DNA of 64,000 bases from an uncultured Acidobacteriota bacterium (GCA_963770895.1 CAVYRF010000001.1:1952001-2016000); one strand, 5' to 3'. Shown: positions 9,629-19,072, counted from the first letter of the stretch. A program made the numbers and translations. Notes: generated from the letters alone by a model not told the origin.

Positions 9629-11692
9629 TCAGTGCGTGTACTGGACGCCCAGGCGCAAGGCAGGACCGGCGCCGGGGAAGCCGACCAGCACCTGGTAGCG
9701 GCGGTCGGCCAGGTTGTCGACGCGCGCCCGCAGCTGCCAGGCGCCGGCGACCTGCCAGGTGGCGCCGGCGCCGAGCAGCTGATAGCTGGCGACCGAGGTG
9801 CGGTCGGGGACCGGGATCTCGGTGTCGAGGTAGCGCGAAACCCCCTGCGTGTCGAGCCGCAATCCGAGCCGCGAGGTGGCCTGAAAGTCCACGTGGGCGC
9901 CGCCGATCCAGCGCGGCCGGTGGAGCAGGGGGGCGTCGCCGGCGGTCAGGTCGGTGACCTCCTGGCAGGTGGCGTTGAGCGCCGCGGTCAGTCGGGTTGC
10001 CGGGCGCCAATCCAGGCTCAGCTCGCCGCCGCGGGCTTCGACCGCGGAGCGGTTGACGTGCAGGAACTGCTGGAAGTCGAAGTCGATCAGGTCGCGGAAG
10101 TGGTCGTAAAAGAGCGTCCCGTCCAGCGTCAGGTGCGCCGCCGCGAAGCGGTGCTCGACGCCGGCGTCGCCGCCGGTGCCGATCTCGGGGCGCAGGTTGG
10201 GGTTGCCGCCGAGCGCCCGCGGGCTGGCCAGGGCAAAGAAGCTGGGCAGCTTGAAGGCCCTGCCGGCGGACGCGTGCAGGCGGGTATCGCTGGCGCCCAG
10301 CTGCCAGTTGAGGCCCAGCCGGGGGTCCAGCTCGACGCGGTCGCCGCCGGTGCCGGGGCCGGTCACCCGGTCCAGCCGGCCGCCCAGCTCGGCGGTGAAC
10401 GCGCGCTGTTGCCACAGCGCCTCGGTGAAGGCGCCGATGAGATTCCGCGTGATGTGGTAGGTGCCGTCGACGTTGCCCTCGAACGGCACGTCGAGCAGCA
10501 GGCTGTGGTTGTCGCCCTGCTGCTGGCCGACGTCCACGCCGCCGCTCCATTGCAGGTGGTCGCCGGCGTAGAGCGTGCCGTTGCCGCCGGCGCGCAGCTG
10601 GGTGAAGACGGTGTTCTGGGTCGAGGCGGGCACCTGGTCGAGCACCGCCGGGCTGGCCTGGTCCAGGTCGTGGCGGTAGAGCGAAGCGCTCAGCCGGCTG
10701 GGGTGGTCGCCGCCGTCCAGGTCGAGCTCGGCGGCCAGGCTCTCCTCGGTGTGATCCGACTGGCGCAGCAGGCCGTCGCCGTACAGCGGTCCGCCCGACG
10801 CGTCGGGGTAGTCGTCGGCGTGCCACCGCGCGTAGCGGCCGTTGACGCGCACGCCGGCCTGGTCGGCCACCGGCTGGCTGGTGTTGCCGTAGAGGTTGAG
10901 CTGGCGGAAGTCGTCCTGCGCCACGCGGTGGCTCTCCTCTTCCCAGCCGCCGCCGAGCAGGAAGGCGCCCGCACCCAGGCCGCCGCCGACCGAGCCGTGG
11001 GTCTGGCGCAACGACCCGTTGCCGGCCGCCGCCGCCAGCTGCGCCGCGATGGGGCCGGGCCGGCCCTGGCGGGTGATGACGTTGACCACCCCCGACAGGC
11101 CGCTGGAGCCGAAGAACGACGACAGCGGCCCGCGCACCACTTCGATGCGCTCCACCTGGTCGGCGGGGACCCCTTCCAGGTTGAACACGTCGCCGTCTTC
11201 GTTGGTGGGGTCGGTGACCGGCACGCCGTCGATCATCACCAGCGATTTTTCGTCGCCGCCGCGGATCTCGGCCAGCGTCTGGCCGCCGCGGGCGCCGTTG
11301 GTCAGGATGTCCACACCCGGAATGAAGCGCAGCAGCTCGCCGATGGTGCGCGCCCCCGACCGCTCCACGTCCTGGCGGTCGAGCACCGTGACCGACCCGG
11401 TCGCCGAGTCGAGCGGCCGCGCCTGCACCGTCGCCGTCTCGTAAAACGACGCGGGCGGCTCGGCGCCCGGCGGGCCGCCGTCGGCGCCGGCGCCGGACGC
11501 CGGCGCCGGTGCTGTCGGTGGGGATGTTGGCGTTGCGGGCGCCGCCGGGCCTGGTGTCGCCGGGCTGGGTGCCGTAGCTGCAGGCTGGGGTGGTGGTTCC
11601 TGCGCCGCCGTCCAGGCGCCGGGCGCAGCCACGGCGGCGACCAGGCATACCCCAACCGCGGCTCGTCCCACGAGGTTCCGATGGTGGCTCAT
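9629..11692 (-). CDS. TonB-dependent outer-membrane receptor (BtuB-like)
   Basis: Signal peptide plus Pro-rich linker, TonB-box-like ETATVQA, plug motifs SLVMIDGVPV and VERIEVVRGPLSSFFGSSGLSGVVNVIT, GNPNLRPE, VDNLADRRY. Confidence 0.92.
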   Translation of the reverse strand: MSHHRNLVGRAAVGVCLVAAVAAPGAWTAAQEPPPQPAATAPSPATPGPAAPATPTSPPTAPAPASGAGADGGPPGAEPPASFYETATVQARPLDSATGSVTVLDRQDVERSGARTIGELLRFIPGVDILTNGARGGQTLAEIRGGDEKSLVMIDGVPVTDPTNEDGDVFNLEGVPADQVERIEVVRGPLSSFFGSSGLSGVVNVITRQGRPGPIAAQLAAAAGNGSLRQTHGSVGGGLGAGAFLLGGGWEEESHRVAQDDFRQLNLYGNTSQPVADQAGVRVNGRYARWHADDYPDASGGPLYGDGLLRQSDHTEESLAAELDLDGGDHPSRLSASLYRHDLDQASPAVLDQVPASTQNTVFTQLRAGGNGTLYAGDHLQWSGGVDVGQQQGDNHSLLLDVPFEGNVDGTYHITRNLIGAFTEALWQQRAFTAELGGRLDRVTGPGTGGDRVELDPRLGLNWQLGASDTRLHASAGRAFKLPSFFALASPRALGGNPNLRPEIGTGGDAGVEHRFAAAHLTLDGTLFYDHFRDLIDFDFQQFLHVNRSAVEARGGELSLDWRPATRLTAALNATCQEVTDLTAGDAPLLHRPRWIGGAHVDFQATSRLGLRLDTQGVSRYLDTEIPVPDRTSVASYQLLGAGATWQVAGAWQLRARVDNLADRRYQVLVGFPGAGPALRLGVQYTH

Positions 11693-11724
11693 CGGATCGC
11701 ATCGTAGCAGTTGCGTGCGCTGTT

Positions 11725-12468
11725 CTACTGCGGCCAGCCGGCCTCGATCTCGGAGTGCCAGCCCGGCGCCGGGCGCGCCATGCGGTCGATGCCATGGAAC
11801 TTGGCCGCGTCGCGCCGCCATGGGTCGATGGTGCCGACGACGCTGCCGCCGGTGAAACCCGGATGGGCGCGATCGGGCAGGTAGCCATAGCAGCTCAGGC
11901 GGATGGACAGCTCGTCGGGGCTGGCCTGCCGCAGCTGGTCGAGCAGCGGCGAAGAGCTGGCCTGCCAGATCAGGTCTTCGAGCACCGATTGCAAGGCCCC
12001 GCCCGAGCCGGTGTCGGTGTTCACCTGCGCCGGCACGCGGCCGATCCACAGGTTGAGCAGCGTCGCACGGTCCATGAAGTGGGCGTCGAGCATCGTCAAG
12101 GCAGGCTGATCGCCATCGGCGGGCAGCACCTCCGTCATCAGGCGCAGATAGAGGCCGTAGAGCCGGGTGCGTCCGTGCTGCAGCGTGTCCAGGTCCGCCA
12201 TCCCTGCCGCCGCCAGCTGGCCGCCTGGAATGTAGCTCTGCACGGTCGCGCCGAGCAGTGGGTCGCCTTTGCGGAAGAGCTTGCCGCTGCTGTCCAGGAA
12301 GCTGGTCACCCGCGCCGAGATCGTCCAGGCATGCGAACCGTAAGGGTTCCACGCCAGATCCCTGGGCTTCGCGCCGGCCTCGCATTGCTGGGCGCCGCGG
12401 TCGACGATTGAGGGGGCGGCGGTCAGCGCGCCGGCGAAGTGCAGCCGAGGGGCGTCGAGGTAGCTCAT
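11725..12468 (-). CDS. Hypothetical protein resembling the N-terminal region of VioB-like proteins
   Basis: GAGGTG RBS; begins MSYLDAPRLHFAG and contains WNPYGSH and FTGGSVVGTIDPW; 247 aa. Family call is from motif recall. Confidence 0.6.
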   Translation of the reverse strand: MSYLDAPRLHFAGALTAAPSIVDRGAQQCEAGAKPRDLAWNPYGSHAWTISARVTSFLDSSGKLFRKGDPLLGATVQSYIPGGQLAAAGMADLDTLQHGRTRLYGLYLRLMTEVLPADGDQPALTMLDAHFMDRATLLNLWIGRVPAQVNTDTGSGGALQSVLEDLIWQASSSPLLDQLRQASPDELSIRLSCYGYLPDRAHPGFTGGSVVGTIDPWRRDAAKFHGIDRMARPAPGWHSEIEAGWPQ

Positions 12469-12529
12469 CGCATTCACCTCTTCGCGTTCTTGAGACATTT
12501 ACGAGAACGCAAAAATTGCAGTGAAGCTA

Positions 12530-12558
12530 AAAGTACTCCTGCCGGCGCTCACCGTCAA
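12530..12558 (-). promoter_or_regulatory. Sigma70-like promoter for the 12468-leftward operon
   Basis: TTGACG-17 nt-TACTTT on the minus strand, about 60 nt upstream of the ATG. Confidence 0.55.
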
Positions 12559-12629
12559 CCCCTACCGGGTATCTGAGATGAACTGCCGCGTCCTCGTCCT
12601 GTGTCCTCTTGCGGTAAGCTGTCGCCTCG

Positions 12630-13598
12630 ATGAGTGGCATGGGCGCTGCCGGCACCGGCACCGTGTGCATCACCGGAGGAGCCGGATTCATCGGCTCCCA
12701 CCTGGCCGATGCCTTTGCCGCCGCCGGCCGCCGGGTGGTGGTGCTCGACGACCTGTCCAGCGGCAGGCGCGACAACGTTCCGGAGGCGGCCGAGCTGGTG
12801 GTGGCCGACATCCGCTCCCGCGCCGCGGCGGAGCGGCTGGGGCGCGGCGACGTCGATCTGCTGATCCATCACGCCGCGCAGATGGACGTGCGGCGCTCGG
12901 TTTCCGATCCGGTCTTCGACGCCGACGTCAACGTGGTGGGCAGCCTCAACCTGCTGGAAGCCGCCCGGCGCGCCGGCGTGCGCCAGGTGCTGTTCGCCTC
13001 GACCGGCGGCGCCATCTACGGCGAGCAGGACGTCTTCCCAGCCGCCGAAGACCACCCGGCGCGGCCGGTTTCCCCTTACGGCGTCGCCAAGCTCGCCCTG
13101 GAAAAGTACCTCTACTACTACCACGTCGAGCACGCCCTCAACGTCACCTGCCTGCGCTACTCCAACGTCTACGGCGAGCGCCAGAGCGCCCAGGGCGAAG
13201 CCGGCGTCGTGGCGATCTTCCTCGACCGCCTGCTGGCCGGCGAACCCCCCACCATCAACGGCGACGGCCTGCAGACCCGCGACTACGTCCACGTCTCCGA
13301 CGTCGTCGCCGCCAACCTCGCCGCCGCCGGCCGCCCCGGCTTCCACATCTACAACGTCGGCACCGGCGTCGAAACCTCGGTCGTCGACCTCTGCCGCCTC
13401 CTCACCCAAGCCGCCGGCAGCACCCTCGCCCCCCGCCACGCCCCCGCCAAACCCGGCGAGCAGCGCCGCTCCGCCGTCGACGCCACCCGCGGCCGCCGCG
13501 ACCTGAACCTGCCCCAGCCCCTCCCCCTGGCCGAAGGCCTCGCCCGCACCACCGCCTGGTTCGCCACCCGCGCCCCCGTCCCCACCACCCGCGCCTGA
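12630..13598 (+). CDS. NAD-dependent epimerase/dehydratase (UDP-glucose 4-epimerase-like)
   Basis: ITGGAGFIGSHL, FASTGGAIYG, SPYGVAK (YxxxK), LRYSNVYG, GDGLQTRDYVHVSDV. Confidence 0.92.
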   Translation: MSGMGAAGTGTVCITGGAGFIGSHLADAFAAAGRRVVVLDDLSSGRRDNVPEAAELVVADIRSRAAAERLGRGDVDLLIHHAAQMDVRRSVSDPVFDADVNVVGSLNLLEAARRAGVRQVLFASTGGAIYGEQDVFPAAEDHPARPVSPYGVAKLALEKYLYYYHVEHALNVTCLRYSNVYGERQSAQGEAGVVAIFLDRLLAGEPPTINGDGLQTRDYVHVSDVVAANLAAAGRPGFHIYNVGTGVETSVVDLCRLLTQAAGSTLAPRHAPAKPGEQRRSAVDATRGRRDLNLPQPLPLAEGLARTTAWFATRAPVPTTRA

Positions 13599-13746
13599 CC
13601 CGACTGACGGACAAGGCGCGATACCGGCGCCGCGGCACAGCGAACGACCGGTGGTGCGGCGACCGCATCCTGACAACCGCCGGCGGTCAAGCGCCTTGCG
13701 CCGGTCGGCGGCTGTGGGCCGGCCTTTTCCCTGATTCGCTGGGGAT

Positions 13747-16700
13747 TTAGTCACCGGGCTCCATTGTCGCCAGGAGCGCGCGGATGGTCTCCGCTTCGGG
13801 GATTTGCAGGCTGTCAGCGGCGGCCAGCGCCAGCGTGAGCAGGTCGTGGGCCTCTGCGAGATCCCCGGCTTGCGACCTGCTCTGGAGGCCGAGGGCCAGG
13901 TTGGTCCGGGCGACGAGCAGTCCGCGGACGTCGCCGAGTGCCTCGAAGACGGGGAGCTGTTCTTCGCGGCGAATGCGGAGTGCCTCGTCCCGTTGGCCGC
14001 GGTCCTGGAGCACAGTGGCGATTTTACCGAGGGTGATGGCGCGCGAGCGGATGTCGCCGAGGGTCTCGTAGACGGGGAGCTGTTCCTCGCGGTGGATGCG
14101 GAGTGCTTCGTCGAGCTGGCCGCGGGCCTGGAGCACGTCGGCGATTTGGCCCAAGGTGACGGCGCGCGACCGAACGTCGCCGAGTGCCTCGTAGACGGGG
14201 AGCTCTTCTTCACGGCGGATGCGGAGTGCCTCATCGAGCTGGCCGCGGGCCTGGAGCACGTCGGCGATGTCGCCCAGGGTGATGGCGCGCGACCGAACGT
14301 CGCCGAGGGCGTCGAAGACGGGGAGCTGTTCCTCGCGGCGGATGCGGAGTGCCTCGTCGAGCTGGCCGCGGGCCTGGAGCACGTCGGCGATTTTGCCCAG
14401 GGTGACGGCGCGCGCCCAAACGTCGCCGAGGGCGTCGAAGACGGGGAGCTGTTCTTCGCGGCGGATGCGGAGTGCTTCGTCGAGCTGGCCGCGGGCCTGG
14501 AGCACGTCGGCGATTTTGCCCAGGGTGACGGCGCGCGCCCGAACGTCGCCGAGGGCCTCGAAGACGGGGAGCTCTTCTTCACGGCGGATGCGGAGTGCTT
14601 CGTCGAGCTGGCCGCGGGCCTGGAGCACGTCGGCGATCTTGCCCAGGGTGACGGCGCGCTCCCGAACGTCGCCGAGGGCCTCGTAGACGGGGAGCTCTTC
14701 TTCACGGCGGATGCGGAGTGCCTCGTCGAGCTGGCCGCGGTCCTGGAGCACGTCGGCGATTTTGCCCAGGGTGACGGCGCGCGACCGGACGTCGCCGAGT
14801 GCCTCGTAGACGGGGAGCTGTTCCTCGCGGCGGATGCGGAGTGCTTCGTCGAGCTGGCCGCGGGCCTGGAGCACGTCGGCGATTTCACCGCGGGCGATAG
14901 CCCGGTCGCGCTGGTGCCCCCCTTCGCCGAAGGCAGCCGCAGCCAATTCCAGGGCGGCTTGGGCATCCTGGAGCACACCTGCCCGGCTCAGGTCGCGGCC
15001 CCGCCTTAGGTGGGCGCTTGCTGCCGCAAACAGTGCGGTCGATCCCGTTGCCCCGGCGGTCAGGTCGAGCGCCGTGGCGATCGCCGCGCGCGCCTCCGGG
15101 ATGGCGCCAAGGGGCTCGAGACCATCATGCACGCGCAACCACAGGTGTGCAGCTGCAGCGCGCTCCGTTTCGCCCTGGCCGGCAGGGAAGAGGGCCAGGC
15201 CCTGGCGGGCGACCTGGATGCAGGCGCGGTAGGCGTGGCGGTCTCTCAGGCCGAGCGCCCACCGGCTGTACGACTGCAGTGCCCCTTCGCGGTCGCCGGC
15301 GGCGTCGCGATGGTGGGCGGCAGGTGCGAAGTCAGCGAGCGTACCGGGTCGGTTTTCGAGGTGCTGCGCCACCCGCAGGTGCCAGCCGCGCGCCGCTGCC
15401 GGTCCTTCGCGAGCGGCCAGCTCGTCTTGCCGGCGGCTGGCCAGGAGGCGGTGCACGGTGTCGCCGCCTTCAAGGGCGGAGGGGGCGACCGTGCGGGCCA
15501 GGAGGCCGTGTGTACGCAGCCAGTCGAGGTCGGTGGCGGGATGGGCGAGAGCTTCCGCTTCTAGCAGCGCTTCGATCTCGGCGGTGGGCAGGGGCTGGGT
15601 GAGCAGGCAGAGGCGGTCGAAGGCCGGAAGGTGCTGGGCGGGCACGGCGTCGAGGACGGCGTCGAGCAGGAGGCTGCGGCCGCGGGCCTGCTGGGTGGCC
15701 GCGAGCCGGGCAGTCACGGCTTCAACCGCCGGCCCCATCTGTGCGAGCAGCTGGCGCGCGCGGTGGGGGCGCTCGCGCAGATAGCCGCCGAGGAGCTGCA
15801 GGGCCTTGGGGTGGCCGCCGAGGTGGTGGAGGGCCTGCTGCCAGGCGGGTTCGTCCAGGCTGCCGAGTCCTTCGGCGTCGAGCAGGCGGAGCTTGCGGCA
15901 GCCGGAGGGAGACAGTTCGCCCAGGTCGAGGTTCCAGGGGGTGCAGGGTCCGGGCGGCAGCTCCAGGGCGTGGCGGCTGGTGATCAGGATGTGGAAGCCG
16001 GGGCCGCCCAGGATCGTGAGGTCCGTCACGGCCGCGGCAAGGGCTGGATCGCGGAGGCGGCCCTGGTCGTCCTGGTTGTCTTCCAGGTTGTCCAGCAGCA
16101 GGTAGGTCGGCGTGTGGGCGGTGAGCGCGTGACGCAGAGCCTGGCGGAAGTTCTGCTCTGCAGCATCCGGGGCGAGGCCGACGGGGCGAAGCACCGCGAG
16201 GTGCACGGCGACCTCTTCGGCCAGGATGGCGGCGGTGAGGGTGCGGCCAGCGGCGATGACGAGGACGCGGGCGCCCAGAGCCTGGCTGCGTTCGAGAAAG
16301 CGGGCGGCCAGGGTCGACTTGCCGATGCCGCCCAGGCCGTGGAGGACCAGCAGGCGCTCGCCGCGGGCGCAGGCCTGGTGCAGGCGGCGTTCGGCGTCGC
16401 GGCGGCCGACGTAGCCCTGGTCGAGGTAGGTGACGCCGCCGATCGCGAACGCCTGGCGCGCGAGGTCGATGGGGGTCGGAGCGGGGGCGGCGGTGCCGGC
16501 GGGGGCGACCAGGGGGCCGGTGGCGCGGCTGGCGAGGAGGACGGGTACGGCCCATTCGTGGGGCCGGCCGTGGGCGACGAGGTGAGCGCGGCCGGCGCGC
16601 AGCGCGGCGGGCAGGTCGGTGCCGGCGCCCAGGGTGCGGTAGAAGCCTTCGGCAAAAGCCGTGGCGCCGCCGTCGGAGATGGTGCCCTGCATCGCCAGGA

Positions 16701-18309
16701 CACGCGGCAGGCCGCCCAGGACCAGGGCTTCGGCGAAGCCTTCCGGCGCGGCCGGGGGCGGCTGGGTTGGCGGCGGCGCAGGTGGGGCAGGGGCGCCTTG
16801 GGCCTGGGCGGCGGCGGCACCGGTGGCCGGGGCGCGGAAGGCTGCGCCGATGGGTGGTCCGGTGGCGCCGGCGCCGGGGTGGCCGGCGGTTGGCGGGGCG
16901 CCCGCTGTGGTGCAGGCAGCGAGGACGACGAGCTGGATCTGGGCGGCGGCGGGCGTGGCACGGGTCCAGGCCAGAAGCTGGCGCGCGCCGAGCGGGGCGC
17001 GGTGGCCGGCGGCGTTTTCGAGGTAGAGGACCGGCTGGGGTGGTTCGCCGGGGGTAGCATGGATGCCGCCGTGGCAGGCGATGTGGACCAGTTGCGGGCG
17101 TTCGGGTTGGGCGAGCTGCTGGCGCAGCTCTTCGCCTTCGCCGGTGTCGGGCAGGATGAGCCGGCTGCGCCGCTCGCGCAGGGGCTCTTCGAGAGCGAGG
17201 AGCAGGCGCTCCTGCTCGCGCTCCCAGAACAGATCGCTGTCGGCGGTCAGACCCAGGGCGCCGAGGCCGGCGCCGGCGGCCTGGTCGTCGAACGGGGCGG
17301 CGGTGAAACCGAGGACGGTGAGGTGATCGGCGGGGAGAGCGGCGGCGGTGTCGGCGGCGGGATCGGCGGGGCCGCCGGGGAGGGCGACGCGGCGCACGAT
17401 TTCGAGGAGGCCTTGGTGGACCGGGAGCGGGTGGTCGGGCAGCGAGAGGAGCTCCCAGGGCAGGGCGAGTGCGGCGGGGTCGGCGGTGCGAATTTCGAGG
17501 ACCAGGAGGGCGCCGCCGGCGGCGGCGAGCGCGAGGGCGTGGCTGAGTGCGGCGGTGAGCGGCGGCGGCAGGGTGGCGGCGAGGGCGGCGCCGGCGACGC
17601 GCAGGGTGGCCAGGTCGAGTTGACCGTTAGCGTCGTCGCCGCGGCGGAAGGCGGCAAGGACGCCGGCGGTGCCGGGGGCGAGGCGCAGGTCGGCCGGCAG
17701 CGGGCCCAGGCGCTTGGGACCGGGCCAGGCGGGGCCGAGCGGCCGGAGGTCGAGCTCGGCGGCCAGCGGCGGGGTGATCTGGGTGGCGGCGGTGGCGGTG
17801 CCGGCGGCGGCGGGCGTAGGCGGGGGCGTGAGGGAGAGGACGACGCGGGGGCGTAGGGCGGCGAGGGCCGCGACGATCTCGCGGCGGAGGCTGGCTGCGG
17901 TGGTATAGGGGCGGGTCCAGAGGCCGGTGGCGTAGTCGGTGACTTCGCGGTCGAGGAAGTCGGCCAGGGCCGGCTCGCGGGCGGCGCCGCCCGCGTGGGA
18001 GAGAAAGACCAGGCAGCGGAGGCCGGCTTCGCGGGCGAGGCGAAACTCCTCTTCGGTGATGGCGCGGTGGTCGACGGTGCCTGCCGGCGGCACGGTGCCG
18101 CGGCGTTGGTCGAAGAGGCCGAGATAGGTGTCGCAGGCCGCGAGCTCGCGCACGAGGGCGTCGCGGACGGCGGTGGGCTGGGCGATGTGGGTTTCGGTGA
18201 GGACAGGTTCGAGGCCCGCGAGGCGGGCGGCGGTCGCGGCGGCGGCGCGGAGGTCGAGGAGACCGCCGAAGACGGAGGAATAAGAACGGAGTTGGCAATA
18301 GATCCGCAC
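13747..18309 (-). CDS. DUF4062-CHAT(caspase-like)-STAND NTPase-TPR protein (NLR-like)
   Basis: N-terminal CDTYLGLF...ITEEEFRLA; CHAT motifs LPWELL, LVHIACHG, LVVLAAC, VLAMQGTISD; Walker A GLGGIGKS, Walker B LLLDNLE, GGHPKAL; C-terminal TPR array. Confidence 0.85.
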   Translation of the reverse strand: MRIYCQLRSYSSVFGGLLDLRAAAATAARLAGLEPVLTETHIAQPTAVRDALVRELAACDTYLGLFDQRRGTVPPAGTVDHRAITEEEFRLAREAGLRCLVFLSHAGGAAREPALADFLDREVTDYATGLWTRPYTTAASLRREIVAALAALRPRVVLSLTPPPTPAAAGTATAATQITPPLAAELDLRPLGPAWPGPKRLGPLPADLRLAPGTAGVLAAFRRGDDANGQLDLATLRVAGAALAATLPPPLTAALSHALALAAAGGALLVLEIRTADPAALALPWELLSLPDHPLPVHQGLLEIVRRVALPGGPADPAADTAAALPADHLTVLGFTAAPFDDQAAGAGLGALGLTADSDLFWEREQERLLLALEEPLRERRSRLILPDTGEGEELRQQLAQPERPQLVHIACHGGIHATPGEPPQPVLYLENAAGHRAPLGARQLLAWTRATPAAAQIQLVVLAACTTAGAPPTAGHPGAGATGPPIGAAFRAPATGAAAAQAQGAPAPPAPPPTQPPPAAPEGFAEALVLGGLPRVLAMQGTISDGGATAFAEGFYRTLGAGTDLPAALRAGRAHLVAHGRPHEWAVPVLLASRATGPLVAPAGTAAPAPTPIDLARQAFAIGGVTYLDQGYVGRRDAERRLHQACARGERLLVLHGLGGIGKSTLAARFLERSQALGARVLVIAAGRTLTAAILAEEVAVHLAVLRPVGLAPDAAEQNFRQALRHALTAHTPTYLLLDNLEDNQDDQGRLRDPALAAAVTDLTILGGPGFHILITSRHALELPPGPCTPWNLDLGELSPSGCRKLRLLDAEGLGSLDEPAWQQALHHLGGHPKALQLLGGYLRERPHRARQLLAQMGPAVEAVTARLAATQQARGRSLLLDAVLDAVPAQHLPAFDRLCLLTQPLPTAEIEALLEAEALAHPATDLDWLRTHGLLARTVAPSALEGGDTVHRLLASRRQDELAAREGPAAARGWHLRVAQHLENRPGTLADFAPAAHHRDAAGDREGALQSYSRWALGLRDRHAYRACIQVARQGLALFPAGQGETERAAAAHLWLRVHDGLEPLGAIPEARAAIATALDLTAGATGSTALFAAASAHLRRGRDLSRAGVLQDAQAALELAAAAFGEGGHQRDRAIARGEIADVLQARGQLDEALRIRREEQLPVYEALGDVRSRAVTLGKIADVLQDRGQLDEALRIRREEELPVYEALGDVRERAVTLGKIADVLQARGQLDEALRIRREEELPVFEALGDVRARAVTLGKIADVLQARGQLDEALRIRREEQLPVFDALGDVWARAVTLGKIADVLQARGQLDEALRIRREEQLPVFDALGDVRSRAITLGDIADVLQARGQLDEALRIRREEELPVYEALGDVRSRAVTLGQIADVLQARGQLDEALRIHREEQLPVYETLGDIRSRAITLGKIATVLQDRGQRDEALRIRREEQLPVFEALGDVRGLLVARTNLALGLQSRSQAGDLAEAHDLLTLALAAADSLQIPEAETIRALLATMEPGD
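13921..14904 (-). repeat. Eight tandem 123-bp (41-aa) near-identical TPR-type repeats
   Basis: Consensus RAVTLGKIADVLQARGQLDEALRIRREEQLPVYEALGDVRS; DNA period 123 bp. Confidence 0.95.
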
Positions 18310-18460
18310 ACCGCACCCCCGTCGATAACTTTAGCAGTGAATGGCGTCATGATAGGGAGCGGCAGCGAGGCAGTCAACCGCTCGAATGCCTCTGGAAAGC
18401 GTGATGGCGCCGAGCCCCGCGCCGCCAGCCTGCCGGTGCTGCTGGCCGGCAGTCCCCGGT

Positions 18461-19072
18461 CTAAGGCTGTGGCGTGGCGGCGGGTGCGTCGGCGAGCAGG
18501 TCGCGCAGGGGGTGGCCGTCGACGTCGAAGCGGACGTAGGAGACGTCGGCGAACTGCATGGCGGTTTCGGTGAGCTGGGCGAGCATGCGCTGGTTGTCGC
18601 AGGGGGTGCCGCGCTCGACGTAGCCGGTGAGGCGCACGGTCACCTCACTGCCGCGCCGGTCGATCCCTGCTAGCTGCAGGCGGGCGTCGTACAGAGGGTT
18701 GAGCAGGCCGCTGTCGTGGTCGGAGGGCTGGTGCATCGCCAGCAGCTCGCCGAGCGCCGCGGCCAGTGCCGGCGCCGGCTGCGCCGCGGCCACTTCGATG
18801 GCCTGGGCGCTGTCGCCGCAGGCGACCTTGCGGCCGGTGCGGCCGCCGTCACCGGGCGCGATCAGAAAAACCTTCACCCGCGTCACCACGTCGCCGGCGC
18901 CGGGGCGGGGAGCGTCGCTCGCGGCGCTGGTTGCCGCGCCGCCGGCACCCTGGGCTCCGGCGCCGGTCTGGGCGGCGCCGCGGCAGGACAGCACCAGCAG
19001 CAGGGCCAGGCCGGCCAGCAGCAGTCGGCCAGGGAGGCGCCGCGGACGTGCCGCCGCCTTGGTCTTAGCCAT
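18461..19072 (-). CDS. GerMN-domain lipoprotein
   Basis: Lipobox-like LLVLSC; VKVFLI...VACGDS...ALAAALGELL...QLTETAMQFADVSYVRFDVDG; overlaps the folA stop. Confidence 0.7.
   Translation of the reverse strand: MAKTKAAARPRRLPGRLLLAGLALLLVLSCRGAAQTGAGAQGAGGAATSAASDAPRPGAGDVVTRVKVFLIAPGDGGRTGRKVACGDSAQAIEVAAAQPAPALAAALGELLAMHQPSDHDSGLLNPLYDARLQLAGIDRRGSEVTVRLTGYVERGTPCDNQRMLAQLTETAMQFADVSYVRFDVDGHPLRDLLADAPAATPQP

Noticed and set aside
11693-12630. Cobalamin riboswitch upstream of the BtuB-like receptor
   Set aside because: No B12-box or other conserved riboswitch elements recognised.
13921-14904. Possible CRISPR array
   Set aside because: Contiguous in-frame 123-bp coding repeats with no unique spacers and no cas genes.
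18280-18300. AT-rich TA-flanked 16-bp patch (CQLRSY) at the start of the DUF4062 domain, possible transposon footprint
   Set aside because: Too short to distinguish from chance; removing it does not clearly restore the expected motif.
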